Source: Octopus sinensis (taxonomy: Eukaryota). From it: DNA of 64,000 bases. The notes beneath the pieces are model-generated. The model did not search any database. It was not told the DNA's origin and saw only the letters and a list, made by a program, of their open reading frames with translations. The DNA is taken from the NCBI RefSeq assembly GCF_006345805.1, contig NC_043001.1:69130001-69194000 (forward strand), given 5' to 3'. This document shows positions 38,598 to 49,689 of this stretch, piece by piece. Position numbers and translations under genes: made by a program. Position 1 is the first letter of the stretch. Each line of letters starts with the position of its first letter.

Positions 38598-40629
38598 TAT
38601 TTCATAAATTTGTCATATAGACAGTACAAAGAGCTTTGCGGGCTGGACAAATACATTAATGAATGAAAATGAAATATAATGAATAAATGAGAGACGAAAC
38701 CCAACACCCGCCGATTGGATTTTTCTCGAAAACATATTTTCTTTCTTTTTTTAAAAATCAATATGAAGTTTCGAACCTCTTACAAGGAGAAGGCACTAAA
38801 ACCTCTTACTTAACATGTTTTCTTTTTTTTTTCTTTCTTAAAGCACAAAATTGAGGTTATAAACCACTACAAAATAATCCAATAAGATGAGGTTTCAAAC
38901 CCTGTAACGAGGGTCTTTCACCTCCTACTCTTCGATATATCCATCGATATATTCATCATTATCTTCAATGCTGCTTGAGTTCCTGTATCCCGCCATTTCC
39001 CATGCCTCACTCATGTAGGACATGTAAGTCATGTAAGGGCCACCCCGCCATATGCGACAATCCTCCCCAAATCCTTTAAGCCTTTCGCACAAGGGAAACC
39101 TTATGACCTCCACAGCTATCTGCGGAGGCCATTCGGGATCCCGTGTGAAGGGCATATCTACTGATTCTTTATGTTCTACTATTTTTTCCACCTCCTCGCC
39201 CTTGTAGAAAAATATAATTAATTGATCATCTTTAAGGGTGGGGGTGGTTTCTTCCACCGTCGGTGGCACAACTTCGGGACATCATCTCCCCGCTGAGATG
39301 ACCCGTTCTTCTTCCTTCTTTTTTTTCTTTTCTTCCTGGCTTCGGGAGAGTGGAGCTCTTCCGCTTTGTCCGGAGACTCTCCCCCGCCTTCCGAAGCCTT
39401 CGTAGTTGCCCGCCTTCTTCCTTTTTAATCATTTTTGAGTTGAGGAGGCTGAAGCCTCCTCGACCACATACACCTCTTCCTTTGACCGGGTAGGGGAGGT
39501 GGCATCTAGTGACTGTTCCAGGACCTTACCCTGGTCCTGGGGGCAGTTCCTTTTAATGTGGCCTGGCTGCAGGCACGAGTGACACTTTGGGGGCCGTCCC
39601 TCAAGTATAACCGGATACCTGCAGCCAGCCATTTTCAAGAAGTCTGGAAAAACCAGTTCTGTTGCGGCCGAAGGGGTCCACAGGGTCAAAATCGCTTTTG
39701 ACCCTTCCCAATCGACCGCCGGCAATACTCTTACATTTAAGAGCCTGGGCCTGCCATCCCCCAGTCCCCGTCGGATGGTATCTTCAATCCAATCCGCTTC
39801 GGTGCCCGGGGGGAGCCCACATACCCAGGCTCGTATTAATTTTCTTCCACAATATGACGGGAGAAACAGAATTTCCTTGCCTTCTAAAGGCTGACTCGCA
39901 AACTGGCGAGCCTTTTCCCCGTTGTCAAACAGCAACCATACGGTTGCATGTTTGACACAACGGGATATATATTTTACAGAGGACAAATGTTCTTTAAGTT
40001 CATTTTTTATGACTTGTTTTAGGAAGACGGTGATGAAATTAAGAACTTTAGAATACGTTCTAAGTACCATCGTCTTCTCCTCCATATCTTTTAACCATTG
40101 CTTAGGCGGGTTAATTTCCCACTCTAAGACAGAGTTTTTCTTTTTAAGTTCCTTCTCTGCCATGTCAAAAAACAGTTCAAAAGTAGTTCAAAAGACAGTC
40201 TGCCAAAAAATTAAACCGAATAAAAATAAAACAAAATAAAAGAGGAGGAGAGGAAACTGAAATTAAAGTAAGGAAAAGAATGAACCAAAATTTAGAAAGA
40301 AAGAAAAACTAGAAGGGAAAAGTAAAAGAAAAACCTCACAAATAGCACAGACAGGGAATCCTTTGTATAATACTCCAAAAAGGTAATCCAAAAGGTAATC
40401 CAAATGGCTTATTCTTATTTTTCTGGCGAGATACGCCCACTAGAATTCACAAGAATAATTTTCAAAAAAATTCTCAATTCACCGTTACGGTGACGAGAAC
40501 TCAGTATTTTGCTCACTATAGCGAGCCATAATTGACAATATTTCTTTTTGTTCTCTTTTTTTCTATTCGCGGAGCCGAAACTCACATCTGCTCACTGTAA
40601 CAGTCCAGACCAACTAGTATTGCATTCTG
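38598..40629 (-). mobile_element. ORF1-only (HAL1-like) L1/Tx1-type element, 2032 bp, 16-bp TSD
   Basis: TSD ggtaaacaagctactt at 38582-38597 and 40630-40645. About 465-bp 5' UTR, gag-like ORF, about 330-bp 3' UTR ending in gaaataa; no RT sequence. Confidence 0.82.
39429..40163 (-). CDS. Gag-like ORF1 with CCHC zinc knuckle; probably continues by frameshifts to 38925
   Basis: CHSCLQPGHIKRNC fits CX2CX4HX4C; upstream RRM-like region. Overlapping same-strand ORFs 39232-39432 and 38925-39269 suggest a frameshifted C-terminus. Confidence 0.8.
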   Translation of the reverse strand: MAEKELKKKNSVLEWEINPPKQWLKDMEEKTMVLRTYSKVLNFITVFLKQVIKNELKEHLSSVKYISRCVKHATVWLLFDNGEKARQFASQPLEGKEILFLPSYCGRKLIRAWVCGLPPGTEADWIEDTIRRGLGDGRPRLLNVRVLPAVDWEGSKAILTLWTPSAATELVFPDFLKMAGCRYPVILEGRPPKCHSCLQPGHIKRNCPQDQGKVLEQSLDATSPTRSKEEVYVVEEASASSTQK

Positions 40630-40668
40630 GGTAAACAAGCTACTTGCCACACGGCCACTCCTACGCCA

Positions 40669-40764
<96 letters not shown>

Positions 40765-40995
40765 ATGTATGTATGCATGGATGTATGTATTTATGTATGT
40801 ATGTATGTATGTATCTATCTATCTATCTATGTATATGTATATGTATTTATATATATAATGACCACTTCATGGATCGGTGTGTGTATGTACTTTTGCATGT
40901 GCATGTATGTGTGTGTGTCTATGCATATGGCTGATAGCATTTCTATGTATGTTTAAGTGTAAATGCACAACCACGTATATATGGAAGGTATATAT

Positions 40996-41432
40996 GCAGT
41001 GCATGCTATCAAAGTGACACTGTGGTAAAATATACGAAACCCAGTATACACTTCCTAACTACACGTCTGATAAGATTACACCGAGCACATGCATCACAAT
41101 CATATGCGCGCGACATAGTGATATCATATAAAGATAAACAGCGCATGACCTTGCAGGTGGGGCCCAGTTACAATTTTTTTCAGGTTGAGTAGTCCATTCT
41201 GCTCAAAAGGCCGCACTATTTCTGTTTGTGATCAGAGATGCACATTTCGTCAGCTACTGAGGGGCATCCTCAAATGGTAAACGTAAATCAAGTGACAAGC
41301 AAATATGTGATATTGAGCAGAATATTTGCTGTAGCTCGTCTTTTATACGAAGACAAAACAATGTACACTTCCAATCAGTTAAAAGGAGAAGTCATGAGAG
41401 CTACTGCCTGGTACTGCATCGGGGCATTTATT
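40996..41432. mobile_element. About 0.5-kb non-coding repeat family C, internally deleted copy, adjacent to (ATT)n
   Basis: Collinear with 54887-55422 but lacks roughly 110 nt. Confidence 0.85.
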
Positions 41433-41460
41433 AGTATTGTTATTATTATTATTATTATTA

Positions 41461-41557
<97 letters not shown>

Positions 41558-41589
41558 TAGTATTGTGGTTGTTGTTGGTGGTGTTGTTA

Positions 41590-41790
41590 ACGCAGAGCGC
41601 TGGCAGAATCGTTAGCACTCCGGGCCAAATGCTTAGCGGCATATCGTCCGTCTCGACGTTCTGAGTTCAAATCCTGCCGGCGTCAACTTTGCCTTTCATT
41701 CCTTCGCGGTCGATAACATAGGCACCAGTAATGCATTCGACTAACCCCCTCTCCCAAAATGCTGGTATTGTGCCAAAATTTGAGACCAAG
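41590..41790 (+). mobile_element. SINE family 2
   Basis: ctggcagaatcgttagca..ctgagttcaaatcc..ctttgcctttcattccttcgcggtcgata..aaatttga; ends in (ATT)n. Confidence 0.8.
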
Positions 41791-42378
41791 ATTATTATTT
41801 ATTATTATTATTGTTATTGCAATATTTTTGTTAAACCTTTCGAAGCATCTTCCTCTCATTAGTTAATGTTTATACCCTGCTTTTAATATCCAACAATTCC
41901 CTTAAATCATATCAGCGTCGATTGGATGAATTCTGAAAGTCATTAACGTTGAGTGGATGTTGTTAGCACTTGCAACGTCGCTGGTGTATGTACTTATACA
42001 TATATAAATTGTTAGAGTTTCTCCATGTTCTACGAATACGTGATACTAAAATGAGATTAAACTGTTATTGTTGAATGACAGTCAAGCATCGTGCACGGAG
42101 TTTTAATGTTCACAATGATTGTAACGCTTTTAATCTAACATTCTAAGATTTGGTACATTCCTTAATAAATCCCGTTAACTTTCCCATTCTGAGATATTAA
42201 CCCAGTATATAGGGTAAGGAATATAGAAATATGTCTCGATGTTTTCTCAGAAATGCAGGATTTAAAACCCATTTGGTTACACTTTAGTTTAAGAGGATTT
42301 CCATTAAGCAAATATGTCGATCTCTCCGTCTATCAATCTATGTTTCTAATCAAATATATTTTCCTCTCATACTAAACA

Positions 42379-42429
<51 letters not shown>

Positions 42430-42534
42430 AGTATTTGACTTAAGAAGTTAGTTCAATCTTCATCGACTAAAACGTTCAGGGTGGTAATCCAGCATAGCCA
42501 TGATCTAATGACTGAAATAAGTATATATTTATTA

Positions 42535-42630
42535 CTCTGTAAGGAGCATAGAGTAGGTTTCTGTGGAGGATACATTTTTCCTGGACGGGATGTCGGTCCG
42601 TCGTAGGATTACTCATTTTTACCTGTTGAA
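42535..42630 (-). mobile_element. Fragment of a third SINE type
   Basis: Antisense ..cctacgacggaccgacatcccgtccagg..cagaaacc resembles a widespread invertebrate SINE domain from memory. Confidence 0.45.
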
Positions 42631-43079
42631 CGTCTCCACACACGCACGCACGCACACCCACACATACATACACACACTTACACACGCATATACATGTATG
42701 TATGGATGTGTGTGTGTGTGTGTGTGTGTATGTGTGTGTGTATGCTTGTTGCATTTGAGTGTAACCGTATCTGTACGTATTTCTGTGTGTATTTGCATTT
42801 CCGACAAAAGTACAGATACCTCTCAACTAGAAGGAAAGCGTAGATCACGGTTGAAAGGGAAAGAAAATAGAGAGTTAGATAGGGGAGAGGGGCAAGGCGG
42901 AGAGAGGGGGATACAGAAACTGAAAGAGAAAAGAGGAGGGAACACGCTCTATGACGTGCTTCAAAAAAGATAAGGTTTTATATATTCCATAAACAGTTTG
43001 TGGTCTTGTGTCACTGTATAAAAATGGGAAAAGTTATTGAACAATGCAAATGAGAGAAAAAGTTCAGGGTTTCAAACTA

Positions 43080-43775
43080 GTTTCAAACGACAACAGCTGC
43101 AGTGATATCACTGGACCCACGCCTCGTAATCATAACAGCGCTGATGGCTGCCCCAGCCACACCGGTGGCAACAACATCTCCAGACCCAGAGCCAATAATG
43201 TGTGCACAACCAACATGCAAGCCTGGAAATATGTCGGGTGAGCCGGGAAAGCGTTCAAGCGGCACCTGTACAACCACAGATCCACATTTGGGATGACTCG
43301 TCAAATCCCTGGCCTGCCACGTGTCTCTCCTCAAAGATGATATCAATGGGAGGATATTAGAGCGACCAGAACCCTACATTAACAGCAGCAAACGCTGCAA
43401 GCTAAGTATGGCTGAGCGAGCGAGGATACTTAAAGACACCCTGAAACTTGAATCATTGAACACTCCTTCTCAAAGACAACCTGCTGCAACCATGGGATTC
43501 TGCGTTCTCCGATTAGACACTCAAAAGTCCTTACGATCTAAAAGCAGCACATCGGAAAATACCATCTTCCTCCTATTTTGGCCCACATGACCTGGTCTAT
43601 GGGCGATGACCCGTTCTCAGTGATGCCTGACAGTTTGGTGACTTACCGACCAAATGACGGTAATGGATTCCTGCCTTCCAGAGGTGAAGACTTGTATTTG
43701 TCTTCGTCTTTATTAACTTTACGAGACTTTCACGGGTCTAAGTCCTTCGTGGATGCGAAACCATATAACCATATA
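43080..43775 (+). mobile_element. Possible decayed LINE 3' fragment
   Basis: GC-richer island; one frame reads PWDSAFSD*TLKSPYDLKAAHRKI, loosely like the CR1 C-terminal WN.LP..VFP..YDL..FK; ends in ccatataa repeats and (TAGA)n. Confidence 0.35.
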
Positions 43776-43854
43776 AAGATAGATAGATAGATAGACAAGC
43801 AGACAGACAGAGAGATGGATAGATTGATTGATTAATAGAGATATATTTAGGTAT

Positions 43855-44290
43855 AGGCACAAGCGTATCGGTGTGGGAAGAAGTCTGCTTCCCAACCACA
43901 CGGTTCCTGGTTCAGTCCCACTCCATGGGAAATTGGCTGGTAGCGGTCTCTTATAGCCTCAAGCCGATCATAGTCTTGTGAATGGATTTAGTAGACGGAA
44001 AGTGAAAGAAGCTAGTCGTATGTATGTATGTGTGTGTGTATCTATGTATGCGTGTATGTGTGTTTGTGTGTCTTTGAGTCTCCGTTTGTCACCCACCACT
44101 GCTTGACAACTGGTGTTTGTGTGTTTACGCCAGCGTAACCTAGCGGTTCGGCAAATACAAAATCAATAGAAGAAATGCCAGGCTTTAGATTATCAGTACT
44201 AGGATCGATTTGTTCGACTAAAAATTTGCAAGGCAATGCCCCAGCATGGCCTAAGTTTAATGACTGTAAGAAGTAAAATATAAAAGTTAA
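43855..44290 (+). mobile_element. Full-length diverged SINE family 1
   Basis: Head, B box ggttcagtccc, central domain, tail ggcaatgccccagcatggcc. Confidence 0.85.
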
Positions 44291-44422
44291 GTTATTTATA
44301 TAAATACGCATGAATGTGTGTATGCGTATTTGTGTTTCCAATTGTCTGCGCATTTATGTCAGTGTATGTGTGTGTATTTTTGTGAATGTTTGTGTATTTT
44401 AACCAGGTTAATTCGTTTTCAG

Positions 44423-46814
44423 CCAAATCTTTGCTAGAGAAACTTTTCGACCCAAGACAATTATAGAAGTAAGGGAATAAAAAGATAATATTAATAATAC
44501 ATTATATGTTTGATGTGCTTGAAGTACTGTCTTGCCTCTGGCAAATCAGAACTGCACAAAATTGTATTAAAACTTTCAAACAGAAATACCAATCTGAAAT
44601 TGAAAGATGCATTGATGAATATAATTTCGGTAACAAAATTATGGCCAATCTAAATGTATATATCAGATTTTTATAGATTAACATTTGCATTTCGGATTGA
44701 TATAGAAATTTAGCGGCGAAAGAAAAATAGTGAAAATACAATTAAAATTTGTGACTATATTTATAGAGGTTGATTATGGTTATTGAAAAATATATGCAGT
44801 CTTTCTTGTAAACTGTATTCTTTAAAACTTATCGATTCAAATATACAATATTTTGGAAAATCCTTATGCAATTTTAGCAAGATATAAAGTGTTTCTCACT
44901 TTATAAAAAATGTTTGCATTAATATACATTCGTGGTTCTACATTATTCAGATCACCTTCTGGAGAGCGGTATTCAAAACACCCTGCTCAATATCATAACC
45001 GGTTACGTATTCTTAGTTCTGTTGCCGGTAACTATATAGTTATCTATTTTCTTATTTTTAATAATTTTACTGAGTATACATTTCTAATTAGGAAAATTCT
45101 ATTTACATACATATAATTAACAATTTCTAATTATAATTTCTAAATGCATAGTTTGGAACTATTCATTCGTCATTATGCATTCTTCACACTATATCTAATT
45201 ACGTTGTTGCACTGATTGCGCACTCATTCACAAGCACACACACACGCACACACACACACACAAACACTCACTCACTCACTCACTCACTAACACGCATGCA
45301 AACACACATTCGCGCATCTAAAAATAACATTATTATTTACTCATGTCTAATTAGATGTCTTTAATTATCTATTTCTCTCTCGCTACACACACACACACAC
45401 ACTCATCTTTATATACAAATATATATATGTGTGTGTGTATGTGTGTGTGTACGCGAACATAAATATATGTTTTATATATAGATAGATAGATAGTTAATGC
45501 CTTCTAATTACTTACTACAGTTTACATATGTGTACTAACCCTCCTCTAATTAAAGAACCCTAAATATGTACCCGTAACGACATGCATTCAATTACGCATC
45601 CAAAATTACAGAGAGTAATTACAGTCCATTAATTATACATATCTTTAATTGCACACCTTCTATTACACACATTCTAATAGAATAGACGCAACGCAAACGC
45701 TTGGATCGATTATATCAAGTCGTCTAAAATAATGCTGACATGATCAGACTTCTTCAATGTATAATAATACGTCGTTATCTTTAATGACAGCCAGTTAACT
45801 ACATGGACCTCACTTACAGTCAGTAATTGACATTAATCATTATCCAAACAGAGATCGGTCATTTAGATATCCTTAATGGCAGCAGGATCACCATGTTCAA
45901 TCACTTTGTAAGAGAGTACAAGAAAATACATTTTATTGTAGTTATCTTCCTAGTTTGTAGTATGTTTAATATCAGAAATAATAGAAACAACAAGGACGGC
46001 ATTTACAACAAAATCTTGGATGGATATTTCCGAAACCGTAAAATGCCGACGCTTTTGCTGTTCAAGGTTTGCTAAACTCAATTCAGTGTGATTCAGAAGT
46101 TATAGAATTATCTATAGGTAGAGATAGTATTACTTTAATAGAAAAGTGATTTTATTATACGTTTTCTCTAACCAAATTTATCGAGGAAGTCTAATTAGAG
46201 ATTTTGACATATACATTCTTATCTTATCTAAGCACAATTAATTGAATATACTACTTTAATCCGTCGGCAATTAAAGACTTTTAATTATTCTTAATTTGAA
46301 ACAATTAAATATCCATATTTAAAACATTTCTATGTGAACTCTCTGAACACTAATATTTACAAACATTATTTTCATATAATTTTTCATTGAATTATCCAAT
46401 TGTACGAGGAATTGTGATACTATTTCTCCAGCTCACAATGGATAAATCATTGGTTCATGACATTTTCAATGCCACGAGTGATAAAGGTATAATCCCAAAA
46501 CATTACGAATTCTATTAAGTGATCATCAAGACACTTTATATATAAACCAGATCTTCCAAATTTCTTGTCTTCCCAATTTGTCAATATGCAAACAATACTT
46601 CGGGCCAATCAAGAATTAATAAGGAAATTTTATGCATGAAAAACTACAAGTCATTGCCGAAGAGGCTATATAAAACATCACTAAAACACGATTCTCCATT
46701 TTCAGTGAATTAATTATTGTAGAATGTCCACATGGGTTCGTTCTTAAGGAAACCAATATTCATCCAGTAGTTGTCATCTGTCTTACAACGCCATCTTACC
46801 ACACACTTAGTTAA
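44423..46814 (+). CDS. Candidate host gene segment of six small exons, product unknown
   Basis: Exons 44423-44468, 44584-44629, 44951-45001, 45852-45907, 46432-46486, 46723-46814. All five introns are GT..AG and phases chain without a stop: QIFARETFRPKTIIEKYQSEIERCIDEYNFDHLLESGIQNTLLNIITEIGHLDILNGSRITMFNHFLTMDKSLVHDIFNATSDKECPHGFVLKETNIHPVVVICLTTPSYHTLS*. Splice sites were picked by eye. Confidence 0.55.
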
Positions 46815-47620
46815 GAAAGAAGGGATACTTTGTTACATGTTCCGACGGAGAGAACTACCACTAATTGATAACATTATTCTTCGACAGAATAATAAACAAT
46901 AATTACCTATAACACTTTTATCTGAACTATTATATTCCTTGTATCCCTTTGCTGAACGTTATATGACATATTCAATGAAGAGCTTTTATGTGAAATTCTC
47001 GTGCGAATATTACGCGTGCAATGCATGAACGTTGACCAATCAATTTGTGAGTTAATAAGTAATGTTCTGGAGCACATCTCTACTTTAAAAACAAACTATT
47101 GTTATAACAACCTCTAGCTTTTAAATACGCTTGAAATCGGTCAAGTGTATTTCTACGACTTAAAATATAATTAAAATCTAATTAATTCTAATATATTCTC
47201 TGAACATTTCCAACTTCATATCTTCCTTCTCTCCACTTGTGTGCCTTAATAACAATTCAGATGTATATATATATATATATATAATATTATTATTTGGGTG
47301 AATAAAGCACTTAAATGGAAAGGTAGCGGCTCGGGTAAATTTTAAAATGCATACCATACCAACTATAGACGAGTACAAAATATTGGTAACCAAGTACAGG
47401 TAGAAAGATATTCAGGTTATGTATACAATTAATTGAACCCTACTCAGCATATTTCTAGCCGTTGTACTAATGCAGAAACGGACATTGTATTAAATATGCA
47501 GTCCAAAAGTCCAGGAGCAGATAGGGATATATCATTAATAAATAACAAATAATGATTAGGTGTCAATTCATTACAGTTGGTTCCAACGAATTTTATTTTT
47601 ATTAATAGGTACATAATGCA

Positions 47621-47853
47621 ATTATGAGAAAAAAACCCCGTTTTCTTCAGATGAATATATAAATCATAGAATTAGGAAATTTTAAAAACATTTAAAATCC
47701 ACATGTGCATATTTTCTGATTCCAAGTCTTCGCTGGAGCATTTAAAAACAATCAAAAGGCACAAAATATGCACATGCTGTGGATCTTAAATGTTTTTAAA
47801 TATTCCTAATACTGTGGTTCATGTATTCATGTGAAGAAAACTCTTTTTCATAA
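47621..47853. mobile_element. MITE-like foldback with about 93-bp imperfect arms
   Basis: 47621-47715 versus 47763-47853, about 80 percent complementary by eye; TSD not identified. Confidence 0.7.
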
Positions 47854-48836
47854 TGATGTTGTGAACCCATATATATATATATATATATTTGGTCAATTCG
47901 AGGACGTCAGCTCCTCATTAGGTAGTAAATAATCCCAAAATTTCACTGGCTAATCAATATCATATAAGGAGAAAATCTCGGCGATATTTTTTACTGATTA
48001 TTATAGTAATGCAATTTGTTAATAATGATGAAAGGAAGAAAAGGAAGAATTATGGGCGTTTAGATAATTTATTTGTATGATATAATGAGGCTGAAAAACA
48101 ATACAAATAAAGTATAAATTCTAAAATTCTAAAAGAAATGGCAGATGCCAAAAGCCTACACATATATTTCTAATCATGCCCCTAGGTGATTAGTAATTTA
48201 AAGTATTTGAGTAGAGTCTTATGCTACGAATTGGTTATCATTTTCAACTATATGGGGCAGAATCTCATCAGAGCTCTATGAGCTTATACAACAAAGGATA
48301 ACGTATTTCTTGAAAAGATGCAGACGAATTACTGATATGTTTAAGAAGTTAGAACATATGTATTACGCACATGTATTTAGCTAGTGAATTATAGATGTAC
48401 GAAAAGATGAAATAAATCAAAATAAAATAAAAAATAAAAATAACATACAAATAATGGTAAAGTAAGAAGTGATATAAAAGTTAAGAAAAATATAAATGTA
48501 TGTAAAATATTATATAAATTTATATAAAACTAAAAAAAACGATACTTAAATATGCAATTAAAGAATTATATACTAAAATAAATGAAGTTAGAGAGTAAAA
48601 TAAATATTAGAGGACCGTTATAGATGAATTATTTTCATTGGTCTGGTGGTAATAGATACAGTTCAGAAAATCAATGGATACGTAGCGTTCACATCATGTT
48701 GTGTCATATTTAGAATCAAGTATAGAGAAAGGTTTGAAAAAGTTGACCGTTATGATATGTATCTTAAAAAACTTACACGTGGACCGTTAGACGTCAATAT
48801 ATAAAATGTATATATTCATATATATGTATTTATACA

Positions 48837-48889
<53 letters not shown>

Positions 48890-49196
48890 CATTATCAGAA
48901 AAGGTATATTGTTAGAGTTATGTTACGGGAAGTGTAATATCTGGAATTTATCAGTTAAGAGGTCAAATAAAAAAAAGTTAAAATGACAATAAAATATATG
49001 AAATAAAATATAGTACAATATATGGGAGAATATATTGGGTATTTATTATAATGTAGCATATGTTTTTAATCATTAATTATCAACTAATATTCATTAATTA
49101 TTAACTGTTAGGTTGCGGCGATATAAACACACCAACATCGGTTCTCAGAAGATGGTGGAGAACAAACACAGACACACAAATACATACATACATATA

Positions 49197-49248
<52 letters not shown>

Positions 49249-49689
49249 AATCCCGTTGTGTGTGTGTGTTTGTGTGTGTAAAAGATTATAACTATTATTT
49301 ACAACTGATTGCGCTGAAATTTTACACATGGATAAAAGACGTTACAATGGGTGAACCAGTTAAATTTCATGAGAGAACATATGAGATTGTAGTAAAAATC
49401 GATATCATTCTAGAATGAATGGTAATCAATCACGTGCATCCAGGCATTTCATTCTGGATTTAATAAATAAGTTGATACAAAACAGTAAGAAGACAAGGTA
49501 ATTATTTCGAATAAGTAAAAATGAAATAAAATATTAACTTTAACGAATAATGGCAATAACTAGCGATCCGTCAACTCTGTGAATATTTTCACTATGCTGA
49601 CTTTACTTCAAATAGTGCTTTAGAGATTTTGAACAAAGGGTCACAAGACTTGGGGCTGATTCTCAACGTAAAATGATTTCTCATGTATA

